From a virus: a DNA stretch of 64,000 bases. Both the position numbers and the translations under genes were made by a program. The first letter of the stretch is position 1. Each line of letters starts with the position of its first letter. Shown here in pieces: positions 43,870-56,200 of this stretch. Under the pieces are notes generated by a model. The model was given only the letters and a program-made list of their open reading frames with translations. It did not search any database and was not told the DNA's origin. The stretch is from positions 32,001 to 96,000 of IMG/VR virus record IMGVR_UViG_3300044825_001821; one strand, written 5' to 3'.

Positions 43870-45221
43870 ACTTAGCAGAATCGACTCAATTTTTTATTAA
43901 AGAAGTTGCCATACAAAGTAAGGGTGGACCAATTGCCCTGAACAATATGGTTGAAGAAATACATCTTTATGACAATCTATTCTTACCTGTATCTTCAGGT
44001 GAGATTTTGGTTACTGATACTAAAAAACTTATTGAGAGAATTGATATAAAGAATGATGCTATACAGTTTTATATTTGTAAATCTCCTGAAGATTCTCTTG
44101 CCACTTACAAAAAAGCATTTAGAATATATTCAATTTCACATCGTAAAAATTTAAACAATAGCAGTGAATCTTATATCATACATTTTGTGGATGATGAACT
44201 CATTTATTCAGAGCAGAAAAAAGTTTCAATGTCATTTGATGGTAAGTATTCTAAACTCGTAGAAAAAATATTAACAGATAAAAGAATGGGTTTGGGGTTA
44301 GACCTAAACAAAATTAGTCGAATTGAAGAATCATCAGGCATTCGTAATATAAACGTAAACAATTTGTCTCCGTTTTCTGCAATAGAGTGGTGTGCCAAAC
44401 GAGCATTAAACCCCAAAGAAATTCCTGACTTTTTGTTTTTTTCAAATAGAGCGGGTTACAATTTTTCTTCATTATCACGTTTATTGACAAATGAATCCAT
44501 CTTAGACATTACATTCTCACCAAAAAATTTAGAACCTAATCAAGCGTTCTCTGAATTGAGTAGAGCAAGAGGATTTGAAGTTGTGTCACAATTTGATTCA
44601 ATATCAAGAATCAAGAGTGGTGTTGATGCAGGAGTTTTTATAGGATTTGATCCTATTACTAGAACTTTAGGTGAACAACCAATATCTGGCGACAAGACAT
44701 ATGATTCAATGGCGCATGGTAATAAAAACGCTCAAGGTTCGGAGATAATTAATAGAGATGGTACTTCAAACAAAACTAATTGGAATTCAAATCAGGTTCT
44801 AAGTGTAAACACTAAAAATCAGAAGAACAGCAAGTACCAAAAAAAGAGAGACCCAACTTCTATTTCAAAAAATGAAACTACAGAGTTGTTTACACAACAG
44901 AGAAGAGCCATATTAGCTAGACTGATGGAAAGAAGATTGAAGATAGTCATGCCTGGTAATTTTCAACTTTCTTCTGGATACAACGTAAATGTAATTGCTC
45001 CAGGTTTCGGTGAGCAATTAAAAAATGGTGATGTGAATTTTGACAGAAGTTTGGGGGGTAAATATATTATTATTGGAACACGACACATTTTGAGTTTGCG
45101 CCGTCATGTTACTATAATTGAAGTCGCTACAGATTCTACAAATGATGATAGAAAGCTTGCAACGACACAAACACAAAAAGAAGTTTTACAAAAATATGAT
45201 CAACCAATCAATACAATATAA
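43866..45221 (+). CDS. baseplate hub protein (gp27-like)
   Basis: position between gp53 and gp5; PGN..L..G, G.Y.I...RH. Confidence 0.7.
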   Translation: MNLAESTQFFIKEVAIQSKGGPIALNNMVEEIHLYDNLFLPVSSGEILVTDTKKLIERIDIKNDAIQFYICKSPEDSLATYKKAFRIYSISHRKNLNNSSESYIIHFVDDELIYSEQKKVSMSFDGKYSKLVEKILTDKRMGLGLDLNKISRIEESSGIRNINVNNLSPFSAIEWCAKRALNPKEIPDFLFFSNRAGYNFSSLSRLLTNESILDITFSPKNLEPNQAFSELSRARGFEVVSQFDSISRIKSGVDAGVFIGFDPITRTLGEQPISGDKTYDSMAHGNKNAQGSEIINRDGTSNKTNWNSNQVLSVNTKNQKNSKYQKKRDPTSISKNETTELFTQQRRAILARLMERRLKIVMPGNFQLSSGYNVNVIAPGFGEQLKNGDVNFDRSLGGKYIIIGTRHILSLRRHVTIIEVATDSTNDDRKLATTQTQKEVLQKYDQPINTI

Positions 45222-46318
45222 TGGATAAAAAAAATTTTGCTGGTAAAGATGGTTTCATCTGGTGGACTGGAATCGTTGAAGATAGACAAGACCCATTAAA
45301 GTTAGGTCGTTGTCGTGTGCGTTGTCTAGGATGGCACGCCACAAATAAAATGGAACTTCCTACTAAAAATCTACCTTGGGCTGTTCCTGTCATTCCTGTA
45401 AACTCAGCGAATGTCTATACGCCAAATGAAGGTGATATGATGTTTGGTTTTTTTCTTGATGGTGAAAACGCTCAGTATCCTGTGATGCTTGGTAGTTTTC
45501 CAAGTATACCACTGAAGGCACCAAATCGTCAAGAAGCTTTTTCTGATCCAAGAACAGACGCAGAACTTTCTTCTGCGCCAAGAGCACCAAAATCTAAATC
45601 ATATAGAACTAATGGTTCTGGTGTACAAATAACCGAACAAGATAAGGCATCTTTGTATCCTTTTAATTTAGATGAACCAACAACTTCAAGAATTGCTCGA
45701 AACGATGAAGAGTCTATAAAAAATACTTTCATTCAAGAACGTAAAGATAACGTTGTTAAATCTGTTCCTGTTGCGGAGACTAGTGCTTGGACTGAACCAA
45801 CAACACAGTACGCAGCAAAATATCCATACAATAATGTTACTGAAACTGAATCTGGACACATTATGGAGTTTGATGATACTGTCGGTAAAGAACGTATTCA
45901 TCTTGCACATCGTAATGGTTCATTTCAAGAATGGTTTCCTGCGGGTGATAAAGTAGAAAAGATTACAAAAGATAATTATGAAATTGTCATGGGTAATGAC
46001 CGTGTTTACATAATGGGCAAATGTTTTGTTACGGTTCAAGGTGATGCCGAAGTTTATGTAAAAGAAAATGCTTATGTTAAAGTAGATAAGAATGTTAAAA
46101 TGACTGTTGGTAAAAATGTTGATGCCACAGTTAAGGGTGATGTAACTGCCACAGTCGATGGTAATCTCAATGGCACGATTAAAAAGAATGCTACGTTGGC
46201 TGTAACACAGCAATTAAAAGCTACTTGTCAAACATTAGACCTTAGAGCAAGTGGAACGGCGTTAATTAAATCTGGTGGTACTATGACTATACAAGGATCA
46301 ATAATTAGGTTGAACTAA
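45221..46318 (+). CDS. gp5: baseplate central spike gp5 (OB-fold plus beta-helix, no lysozyme)
   Basis: WW.G.VEDR.DP.KLGR.RVR, YPYN.V.ETESGH..EFDDT, VxG beta-helix repeats. Confidence 0.9.
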   Translation: MDKKNFAGKDGFIWWTGIVEDRQDPLKLGRCRVRCLGWHATNKMELPTKNLPWAVPVIPVNSANVYTPNEGDMMFGFFLDGENAQYPVMLGSFPSIPLKAPNRQEAFSDPRTDAELSSAPRAPKSKSYRTNGSGVQITEQDKASLYPFNLDEPTTSRIARNDEESIKNTFIQERKDNVVKSVPVAETSAWTEPTTQYAAKYPYNNVTETESGHIMEFDDTVGKERIHLAHRNGSFQEWFPAGDKVEKITKDNYEIVMGNDRVYIMGKCFVTVQGDAEVYVKENAYVKVDKNVKMTVGKNVDATVKGDVTATVDGNLNGTIKKNATLAVTQQLKATCQTLDLRASGTALIKSGGTMTIQGSIIRLN

Positions 46319-46320
46319 AC

Positions 46321-46518
46321 ATGAAACATGAATTTATTATTTTAGAAGATGGTGAATTGAAAACGTATACTCGTTTTGAAGATATACCAAAAAAATTTGA
46401 TGCGGTAATAAAGTTTAATCCATATATGCCACCGCCACCACACACAAAAGAAGATCATGAAGAGATAGAATCTTGGATGCCAAGATTTCGAGAGTTAATG
46501 AAAAGAGGAACATTGTAA
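46321..46518 (+). CDS. conserved small protein between gp5 and PAAR
   Basis: IKF.P..PPPPHT.EDH motif. Confidence 0.75.
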   Translation: MKHEFIILEDGELKTYTRFEDIPKKFDAVIKFNPYMPPPPHTKEDHEEIESWMPRFRELMKRGTL

Positions 46519-46521
46519 TAA

Positions 46522-47472
46522 ATGGCTTTATCAACATATGGTACACAATTTAGAGTAATACCTGCTGGAGAAACTGTGACGTTTTCACATGCCAAAACTT
46601 TGGTTGATGGGGGACAACCTGTTAATGTTTCGTTTGTAAATGCTAAGGTTGATAAAGGATTATCAACAGAGGGTGTCATAACTAGTGCTGTAATGTCAAA
46701 CACAAGTTGTGTTCTTACATCTGTGGGTTTGTTGCAGTTTTATATAACAACTTATACTTTGTCTGGAAAATATGGAGATGATTTAGCTACAAGAGATATC
46801 TATCAGGTAATAAACACGAACAACTATGATGAAAACGCCTCTAGTTTTTATGAATCAGAAGCAAAACCAACTGGCGATTTTCCAGTGACTACGTACAATA
46901 GTTATTCAGCACTACTTGCGGCAAAAGCACCTTCACACAGTTCAACAACAGGGTGGAATAATATTGTAAAATTTTATCCTGATGACTCAGCAGAAAAAAC
47001 TGTAACTTTCACTTTTCTTGCACAGGGAGTTACAACTGAGTTTACTCAAAAGGTACACTTAATACCTACTAGGTATTTTACACGGTTAAACACTTTGATG
47101 AATAACATATATGCTGAAGAAAATCCAAGCAGTCCATCAAGAACGATAATTGAATATCAGTTTGCTTTAGATACTTTTACGGCAGATGGAATACTAACAA
47201 CTTTTGGACCAATGTCCAGAACACCTAGCTATAAAACGGGAACAACAGAGTATAATGTTGCAGTTTATTTTGCTGGAAGTAATTTGGTTGTAACACCTTC
47301 AATGTACACAATAAGTGGTAATTATATAACTTTTACTTCTGCTCCTCCCGCAGGCACAATAAAAGTTTATCATACGGATGATGCAGGGAATTGGTTATCG
47401 GTTGGAGATGGTGCATCTGCGACTCCAACATATACATCAGACCCAGCAGGTTGGGTAGAACCTGCCGAATAA
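46522..47472 (+). CDS. hypothetical virion protein
   Basis: in baseplate operon; YTISG..ITF.SAP motif. Confidence 0.7.
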   Translation: MALSTYGTQFRVIPAGETVTFSHAKTLVDGGQPVNVSFVNAKVDKGLSTEGVITSAVMSNTSCVLTSVGLLQFYITTYTLSGKYGDDLATRDIYQVINTNNYDENASSFYESEAKPTGDFPVTTYNSYSALLAAKAPSHSSTTGWNNIVKFYPDDSAEKTVTFTFLAQGVTTEFTQKVHLIPTRYFTRLNTLMNNIYAEENPSSPSRTIIEYQFALDTFTADGILTTFGPMSRTPSYKTGTTEYNVAVYFAGSNLVVTPSMYTISGNYITFTSAPPAGTIKVYHTDDAGNWLSVGDGASATPTYTSDPAGWVEPAE

Positions 47473-47482
47473 GGAGAAAATT

Positions 47483-47773
47483 ATGCCAGCAGCATGTAGA
47501 ATTGGAGATATGGATATTACGCATTGTTCAACACCATCAAGAGCCCAAGGCTCAACGAATGTTTTAGTGAATGGTATACCTTGGAGTTGCCAAGGTCATA
47601 TTAATACGCCACATTTGATTCCTGGAGATGACCCATGTTTTGTTCATTCTGCGGCAATTTCATCTGGCTCAAGTACCGTAAGAGTTAATGGTAGAGGTGC
47701 TGGTCGTGTTGGTGATGGTATTGGGGGATGTACTGCTGTTGCTGCTGGTTCACCAAATGTTTTTGCAGGCTGA
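47483..47773 (+). CDS. PAAR-repeat spike tip protein (gp5.4-like)
   Basis: MPAACRIGD, GS.NV.VNG repeats, GSPNVFAG. Confidence 0.9.
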   Translation: MPAACRIGDMDITHCSTPSRAQGSTNVLVNGIPWSCQGHINTPHLIPGDDPCFVHSAAISSGSSTVRVNGRGAGRVGDGIGGCTAVAAGSPNVFAG

Positions 47774-47784
47774 ATAAATAAAAC

Positions 47785-48207
47785 ATGACTACCACAATAG
47801 TATCAAATAATCCTAGAATCAAGTCTGAAAGATCGTACAGAGATTTAGACTTATCTTTTACTGTGCATCCTGTTAAGAAGGATGTGTCTAAGCATCTCAA
47901 CGAGTATGCTGTAATCAACTCAGTAAAAAACTTAATATCTACTAACTTTTTTGAACGCCCATTTAGACCGCAGATAGGAAGTGGTTTAAGAAGTCTATTA
48001 TTTGAAAATGTAGACCCTATTATTTCAGCGCAAATAGAAAGAGCAATACAAGAAACAATTTTGAACTATGAACCAAGAGTTGAAATAACAAATGTTTCTG
48101 TAACTGCTTATCCTGATGATAATCGTTATAATGTATCGATGACCTTTTTTATTATTAATAATCCAAACCCAATTACTATTGACTTTTTCTTAGAGAGAAT
48201 TAGATAA
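47785..48207 (+). CDS. gp25: baseplate wedge gp25
   Basis: DLDL.F..HP, SVKNL..T...ERPF.P..G, EPRV. Confidence 0.92.
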   Translation: MTTTIVSNNPRIKSERSYRDLDLSFTVHPVKKDVSKHLNEYAVINSVKNLISTNFFERPFRPQIGSGLRSLLFENVDPIISAQIERAIQETILNYEPRVEITNVSVTAYPDDNRYNVSMTFFIINNPNPITIDFFLERIR

Positions 48208-48209
48208 AA

Positions 48210-50267
48210 ATGGCAGATCGTTTAACGGTAACTGACCTTGATTTTGATACTATCAAGGAAAATTTAAAGACGTTTCTTAATCAACAGTCGGAGTTTACCG
48301 ACTATGATTTTGAAGGTTCTGGCCTGAATATTCTTTTAGATATTCTTGCTTACAATACTCATTATCAAGCATATTACTTGAACATGATTGCCAATGAAGC
48401 ATTCATGGATACCGCTCTGTTACGTGATTCGGTTGTTTCACATGCCAAAACTTTAGGGTACGTGCCTTACTCACGTAAAGCGCCAAGCGCAAAAATTAAC
48501 TTTACAGTAAACACAAGTACAAGCACAGCAGCAACACTGACAATACCTAAAGGGTTCAAATTTATTTCCAATGAAATTGATGGAGTGAGTTATAGTTTTG
48601 TGACTTTGGCTGAAAAAGTTATAACAAAAGCTAATACTGATTTTAGTTTTATTGATCTGCCAATTTACGAAGGCCAGTTGGTCACGTATACGTATGTTCA
48701 CAATCAGGCGACTAACCCAAAACAAATATTCAAAATTCCAGATTCTGGAATTGATACTTCGACGATTTCTGTTACTGTCCAACCATCTCAAGGTAATACT
48801 TCTGTAGAAGTGTTTTCTTTGGCAACGGATGCTTCTGAGACAGAAGTGTATTCTCCTGTCTTTTATTTACAAGAAGGTAAAGCACAGACATATGATATCT
48901 ATTTTGGAAATGATGCTATTGGAAAATCTATTGCTGATGGTTCAGTAGTTACAATTTCATACTTGATCACGAATGGTTCGTTGGCAAATAAAGCGAACAA
49001 TTTTGTTGCTACCGATTCATTGGTTGATTCATTAGGCAATTCTCAAACAGATTTCATAATTGATCCTGTGTCTGAAGCGACTGGTGGTTCGGAAAGAGAA
49101 TCTGTTGACAGTATTAAATTTACTGCTCCTTTGCAATTCACAACGCAAAATCGTTTGGTAACATTTAAAGATTATGAAACATATATTCAGAAAACATATC
49201 CATCGGTAGACTCTGTTTCTGTGTGGGGTGGAGAAGATGAGACACCTCCAACATTTGGTACAGTTTACGTTGCACTAAAACCAAAACAAAATTATTACTT
49301 AACCGATACGGAAAAACAAAGAATTATTGATGAGGTTATTAAACCTAAAGCGGTTGTTGCTGTTCAAACTATAATTCGTGATCCAGAATTTGTTTATTTA
49401 CTATTGACCAATGAAGTTAGTTATGATGCCAAGAAAACTACACAAACTGAAGAGCAATTAAAAACATCAATTAGAAATGCAATTTTAAATTATAAGAGCA
49501 CATACTTAGATAAATTTTCTGGTAAGTTTGTTGCATCAAGAGTACAGGATGCTATTGATTCCGTTGATAGAGTTGCAATTTTAGGTTCTAAAGTTACAGT
49601 TCGAGTTCAAAAAAGATTTGAACCCGATCTAACTGCTTCTGTTCCTTATACAATTAGCTTTAACGTTCCTTTGAAAAGAGGTACAATTGGTAACAAAATG
49701 ACTTCAACATTCTTTGCTGTTGATGATTCTTCTGGTGTTGAAAGAGAGGTTCAGTTTGATGAAGTACCTCAATCATTCTCTGGAATCACTGCAATTGAAG
49801 TTATTAACCCTGGCCAACAGTATACAACTGCGCCAACAGTGACTATTAATGGTGATGGAGAAGGTGCAACTGCTGTGGCAAGAATTGTTAATGGAAGTAT
49901 TGCAGCAATTGATATCACAAATAGGGGAATTGATTACACAAGAGCCACGGTAACAATTAGTGGGGGTGGTGGTTTTGGTGGAGAGGGTGCTGTGGTGATT
50001 GATGGTAGAGTTGGAACTATTCGCACAGTTTACTACGATTCTAGATCACAAAGACAAATTGTTGATGAAAACGCAGGTACGATTGACTATGATGCCGGTG
50101 TCATTAATATATCGAATATTTTAATTAAAAGAGTCATCTCTGATGATGATTTAATTCGTCTTTCGATTGAATTAAATAAAGGTATTGTAGATACAGCAAA
50201 AAATGTCATCATGACGATTGATGAATTTGATCCAAGTTCAATTAGCACAACATTAGAAGCAGAATGA
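48210..50267 (+). CDS. gp6: baseplate wedge gp6
   Basis: LDFD.IK, FTDYDFEGSGL, LAYNTHY, QNRLVT..DY, VWGGE. Confidence 0.93.
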   Translation: MADRLTVTDLDFDTIKENLKTFLNQQSEFTDYDFEGSGLNILLDILAYNTHYQAYYLNMIANEAFMDTALLRDSVVSHAKTLGYVPYSRKAPSAKINFTVNTSTSTAATLTIPKGFKFISNEIDGVSYSFVTLAEKVITKANTDFSFIDLPIYEGQLVTYTYVHNQATNPKQIFKIPDSGIDTSTISVTVQPSQGNTSVEVFSLATDASETEVYSPVFYLQEGKAQTYDIYFGNDAIGKSIADGSVVTISYLITNGSLANKANNFVATDSLVDSLGNSQTDFIIDPVSEATGGSERESVDSIKFTAPLQFTTQNRLVTFKDYETYIQKTYPSVDSVSVWGGEDETPPTFGTVYVALKPKQNYYLTDTEKQRIIDEVIKPKAVVAVQTIIRDPEFVYLLLTNEVSYDAKKTTQTEEQLKTSIRNAILNYKSTYLDKFSGKFVASRVQDAIDSVDRVAILGSKVTVRVQKRFEPDLTASVPYTISFNVPLKRGTIGNKMTSTFFAVDDSSGVEREVQFDEVPQSFSGITAIEVINPGQQYTTAPTVTINGDGEGATAVARIVNGSIAAIDITNRGIDYTRATVTISGGGGFGGEGAVVIDGRVGTIRTVYYDSRSQRQIVDENAGTIDYDAGVINISNILIKRVISDDDLIRLSIELNKGIVDTAKNVIMTIDEFDPSSISTTLEAE

Positions 50268-53200
50268 CAACTGATTTAAAAACATCCATTCTTGTAGAGC
50301 AACAGGTTCCCGAATTCGTTAGGGAAGAGTTTCCCCAATTCATTAAGTTTTTAAAAGCTTATTATGAATTTTTGGAAGAGAAACAAGGTGTCGAAAAGAA
50401 TGATCTGGTTACCTTTGCAAAAAAATTAAAAACGGCAAAAGATGTTGATGAGTCTTTGGATGAGTTTGAAGCGGGCTTTTATAGCACGTTTGCCGCACTT
50501 ATACCATACGAAGTTCAGTGTGATAAAGAACTGTTATTCAAACAACTGGTAAATTTATATAAGTCAAAAGGCTCCGAGAATTCATTCAAACTTATTTTTC
50601 ATTTACTTTTTGGTGAAGATGTAGACGTTATTTTACCAAAAAATAATGTTATTAAACCTTCTGCAAGTAAGTGGACGGTAGATAATAAGCTTAATATTAA
50701 TACATCAGTCTATTCTTACTATGACGCAGATGGTACACAAAAAACATTTGATCTTACTCAACAAGTAAATCCAGATGAGATTTCTGTGTATGTTAATGAT
50801 GTTATTTTAAATCATGGCGTAGACTATTTCATTCAAAAAGAAAATCTAAAATTAATTTTTTTCAACGCTCCATCTAACGGTTCAAATGTAAAAGTTTTTT
50901 ATGAGAATTTTGATTATAAACTATTTGTAAACAGAAAAGTCACTGGTTTAAGTTCTGGCGCTAGTGCTATTATTGAAGATTCGAATTTAAAGTCTATTTC
51001 GGATACGTTCAATTTAGGTTTGCCAATTGAACTATTAATTAATGCTAAATCGTTACAAAGAAGATTCTTTAATGGTGAAGTTGTTTCTATACCTCTATTC
51101 AATTCAAACAATGTTTTGATTGAAACAAGAGTTACCACTTTTTCTGTGGTTAGAAAATTAAACGTAGTTTCTGCTGGACAAGACTATAAAGTTGGAGATA
51201 GAGTAACACTTGTAAGTGGTGATCCACTTAGAAATGCCATCGGTGAGGTTGAAACAGTTTACGAAGGCCTTATTGAAAGTATTCTTATTGGTGATGGTGG
51301 TGCTACATTTACAAATGCTGCTCCTTTATACATTACGGGTAATGGCTCTAGTTTTTATCTAGAAGGTGCTGTTGATGGTATCGACTTATCTGGTAAAAAT
51401 GCCGCAAACGTTTGGTATATTTCTACAGACGTTATTAAGAGTTTTAATGGTACGTCATTTGCAGCAAACACTATAATTAGCAATGCGACTTATGGCTTTG
51501 CTGCAAACGCAAACGCATCACTTGATGCAAGAATTATTGATGCTTTATTGACCGAAGCTATACCAATGGGTCCGATTACAAACGTCAAAGTTCTTTTGAC
51601 ATCGGCACCATTGACGGCAACACCAGAAATTAATGTTGAAGGTGGATATTATTCAACCGACAGAACAGCAAAAACTTTTGGTTCAATTGCGAAATTTAAA
51701 ATTAACGATGGTGGTTCGGGATATGCTGTTGGTGATGAAATTGTATTTGATCCAATTCCTAACTTAGAATTATATCCTCAAGCAAAATTTGCTTATGGTG
51801 CAGCGGCGGTTGTTGGCAATGTTAGCATAACTGGAGGAATTACAAGGGTAGATGTTGCCAACACAAGAATTGATGGCAACGTAAAAGTCACATCAGTTGG
51901 TTCAACACAAGTTCAAGAAGATTACTTACCAGCTAGTGGTGAAGTAAGAACAAGATTTCTTTCACAACTAAAAAAGGGTGATATTGTTGATATCAATGGT
52001 GAGTCAAGAATAGTTGATACTATTACCAGTGATCAGATATTTTCAGTTGAACCTCCAGGATTTACCTATCTACACACAAAGAAAAAACTAGGCATTTACA
52101 ATCGTTACCCTAGAGGTGGTTATGGATACATGCCGGGTAATTTTCCATCATTAAATGTAACAAGCAACAGTGCAGGGTCGGGTGCAAACATTGAAGTTTA
52201 CTCAATTGCTTCTGATGGTGAAACTCTTTCTGGTGCTGGATTTGGAACCGCTGGTGCTATTTTAAGTATTAAACTTATTGATCCTGGCGCAGGATATCAG
52301 TTTGTACCTACAGCAAACATCGTGAGTACAACGGGTACTGGTGGTTTAGCAGGAGCCGAAATTGAACAATCGTTCACAACAGGTACTGGTCGTTGGACAT
52401 CTTCAGATTCTATCGTATCATCCATCGAAAGAAAGATTCAAGGTAGTGATTACTACGTAGATTATTCTTATCTACTTTCTTCAAGAGTTGAATTCTACAA
52501 ATATAAAAAGATTTTAAAAGAACTTCTACATCCAGTAGGTTTTGCACGTTACTCAGATTATACAAAGTCTGCTGTTGTAGAAAGAGATGATATTGTTGTT
52601 ACAAGAATGGATCACAGACAAGATGATCAATTCTTAACAATATCAGGAAGAGTCAACACGGGCAACGGAAGTATTGCTGTAACTGGTGTGAATACTAAGT
52701 TTAACATTGCTGTATCTTCTGGCATATTACAAGTCGGCTCACAGATTGCAGTCAACGGTGAACAGAGAACAATCAATGCCATTATCAGTAACACAAGATT
52801 AATTACCAGTGGAAACGTTGATAATATTTCTTGGACAGGACCATACAATACTCCTACTGGAAATGGTATGTCTAATGGATTCATTGTGTTCAGTGGAGGT
52901 GGTGGTAGACTAACATCATTGACCATTGAAAATGCTGGTTCAGGATATTCAAACGGTATTTTAGAATTCCTAGATGCTGATGAAGGAATTAGAGCAATCG
53001 CAAATGCGGAAACTTGGTTAGCAGGTGAAACAGGAGTTTTAACTGTTACAGCAAACGCTGGAGCAAAAGCGGTCAATAGTTGGATAACCTTCAGTGGAAA
53101 TACGATTGGTTATGTTGCAAATGCACGTGTATATGTTAATTCTACCGGAGCAATTATAAATGTTGTTGTTGCAAACACAGGACATTATTCAACTCTGTCA

Positions 53201-56200
53201 AATGTTCCAACAATTGGAAACGTTTATACAAGTCTGACCTATTATGAAAATACAGCAACAATAGCAGGTTCGTCTTACACAAATGCCGAGTTTTCTTTAG
53301 TTGTAGCAAAGACAGGTTCATTAAAGAGAGTTACATTAACTGAAGGTGGTTTGTATTCAAACAAACCAAGAATCATACCTTCTTTTGACCCACATTACGT
53401 TTACTACTCTAATACATTTACAGTTGTAAATCCTGGTCAAGGATATAGCAATGGTACATTAATTATATTGGGTGGAGATTCTTTCAGAGCGGCAAACGCA
53501 CAAATCGAAGTTTTCCCAGACAAAGTTCAAATCAATGCCATTTCAAACAACGCTTCAGCGATTGCTGTTAATAGTTGGATTGTTTTAGATGGCACTTACG
53601 ACTCGACTGTAAATTCATTGAATGCACGTGTCTTTGTTAATACAACAGGACATGTTATAAGAGTACAAGTTTATGATAGAGGATTATATTCTGGTTTGCC
53701 AGTTAATATAGGATTAGGTTCGAATATTGCAATTACATCAGCAAACTTGAGATATTATGAAAATAATGATGTGATGACGACAACATCTAATAATCAAGTA
53801 AACGCAATATTCACATTGTCTACAACCAGACTACGTTCTAATGGTGGAATTAGAACTATCAATGTAATTGATAGTGGTTTGTATGATGGGAATGCATCTC
53901 TTATTTTCCCAAATACAAATCAAAACCTAGTGATCTATCAAGCAAACGTAAGAAGTGAAGTTGGTGTTCTTCGACTTGCTGCTAATGTTGCTGGTGTTAG
54001 TGTAAATGGTTACCTAAGATTTGCGGGTGCAAATAGTAATTCGGCAAATGCATTTGCTTCGGTTAATAGTGCTGGTTTCGTTGATAGTGTTGTCATTTAT
54101 GCCAATGGTGTTTACACAGACGCCAATGATCCACCAAGAGTTGTTCCTGACTCCGGCGTTATAGCCGTCACGGCTAATAGTGATGCTGTTGCTGTTAATA
54201 GTTGGATTACCTTTGGTGGTTCTGGTAGTAATGTTGCAAACGCACGTGTATATGTTAATACTGAGGGATATATTGAAAATGTTACTGTGATTGCAAATGG
54301 TGCATATGAAATTGGACCGTCACTGTCGAACGTTTATACACAATTAAGATATTTTGATGCAGCATCATCTAATGGCTCAAATGGCAACACAATTGCATTT
54401 GGCACATATACAAATGCTGTCTTTACAATTACAACACCAAACGTGCTTTATCAGATCGATTACACAAAGAATGAAGGTCAAGGTCATTCGAATGGTATAG
54501 TTTTATTCAATGATTATATTGTAGATTCGGTTTCCGTAAACACAGATGCGGTCGGCGTTAATAGCTGGATTAATTTCTATACAACAATTGATGATCCACG
54601 TTATACGACATCAAACATTGCTGTGGCAAATGCACGTGTATACGTCAACGATAAGAACTATATCGTAAATGTAACTATGATTGCCAATGGCACATATTTT
54701 GAAGCGCCAACAATAGGTGCAAATGCCAACGTATATACTGGTCTAAAGTATTTCAATTCAACATCTTCAAACGGTTCAAATGGTTTCCCAATTGGAGCAT
54801 ATTCATTTACGAATGCTGTGTTTACAATTAACACATCAAGATTAACAAATCGTCCAGCGGATGTGAGAGTTGAAGTCTGGCCAGCAAATGGTTCTATTCG
54901 TAGATTGACAATTGTTGATCCTGGTCTTTACGATAATACTGCAAGAATTTCTGGCATCGAAGCTAATGCTGGTGCTATTGCCGTCAACAGTTGGATTACG
55001 TTCTCGGGCGTAAGTAGTAACGCAGCAAACGCACGTATCTTTGTAAATACGACAGGACATGTTGTAAATGTTACGATGTATGCAAATGGTTTATATCAAT
55101 CCAAACCAACAATTGCAAACGTTTATACAGACTTAACATATTTTGAAAATACTGCTTCAATTGCAGGTTCATCTTATACGAACGCAGTGTTCTCTCTGTT
55201 GACATATCACATCCCAACAACAAATGGACCTTTACGTGCAATTGTAAACACACAACCAAAATCAATCAGTTCCGTGGCAGCAAACGTAGGTAATCCTACA
55301 GGAACTATTAGAACATATAATGGTGTGGCTCACACAAATGGATTTGTAGTATTCTCTGGAGGAAATCCAATTCGAAGTGCAAATGCTTCAATTGAAGTTT
55401 TTCCAAGTAATGGTTCGATTAGAAGTATTACAATCAATGATGTGGGTTTATATCGAAATGTTTCTGGATTATCAGCATCGGTTGCTTCTAACTCAATACC
55501 AAATTCAATAACTCAAGTTTTACCTTTACTTCCTGATTTTGGTGGTAACAATTACTCGAATGGTTATCTGAAAATTGTGGGTGGCGGAGCAAACACTGAG
55601 GCAAATGTTTACATTGAAGCCACACCTTCTACGGATCCAATCCCAGGAAGAATCATCAGAACGGTGATAAATAGAATTGGATTGTATTCAAACATTGCGA
55701 ATGTTTCTTTATATCCAGGTGTTGAAAGTGTGTCTTTCAATGCTGGTGCGGTTGCAGTTAATAGTTGGATTGTGTTCACTGGAACACCAGACAATCTGGG
55801 AGCAGCAACTCTAAACGTAGCAAATGCACGTGTATATGTAAATGATAAGAACTACATCGTAAACGTTGTAGTATCTTCAAATGGCATTTATGTGAATGGT
55901 GCGGCATCAATATCAAATGTCTACATGAATTTGAAATATTTTAATGCTTCATCTGCTAATGGTTCAAATGGATTTAACATTGCCACTTACTCATATACCA
56001 ATGCAGCATTTACCGTTACGATGGGTCCAGTTCTTCATCATGCGGCCAATGGTATTCGACAAACACCTAATGTGTTTATGCAGTATGTGACGCCCGCTGG
56101 AGTAATTATTACTGGAAATACTGGCGCAAGATTTACATTAGGTTACAATGCCAACACAACAAACTTGGCAAATCTTGTAATTACAACGTCGGCAAACGTT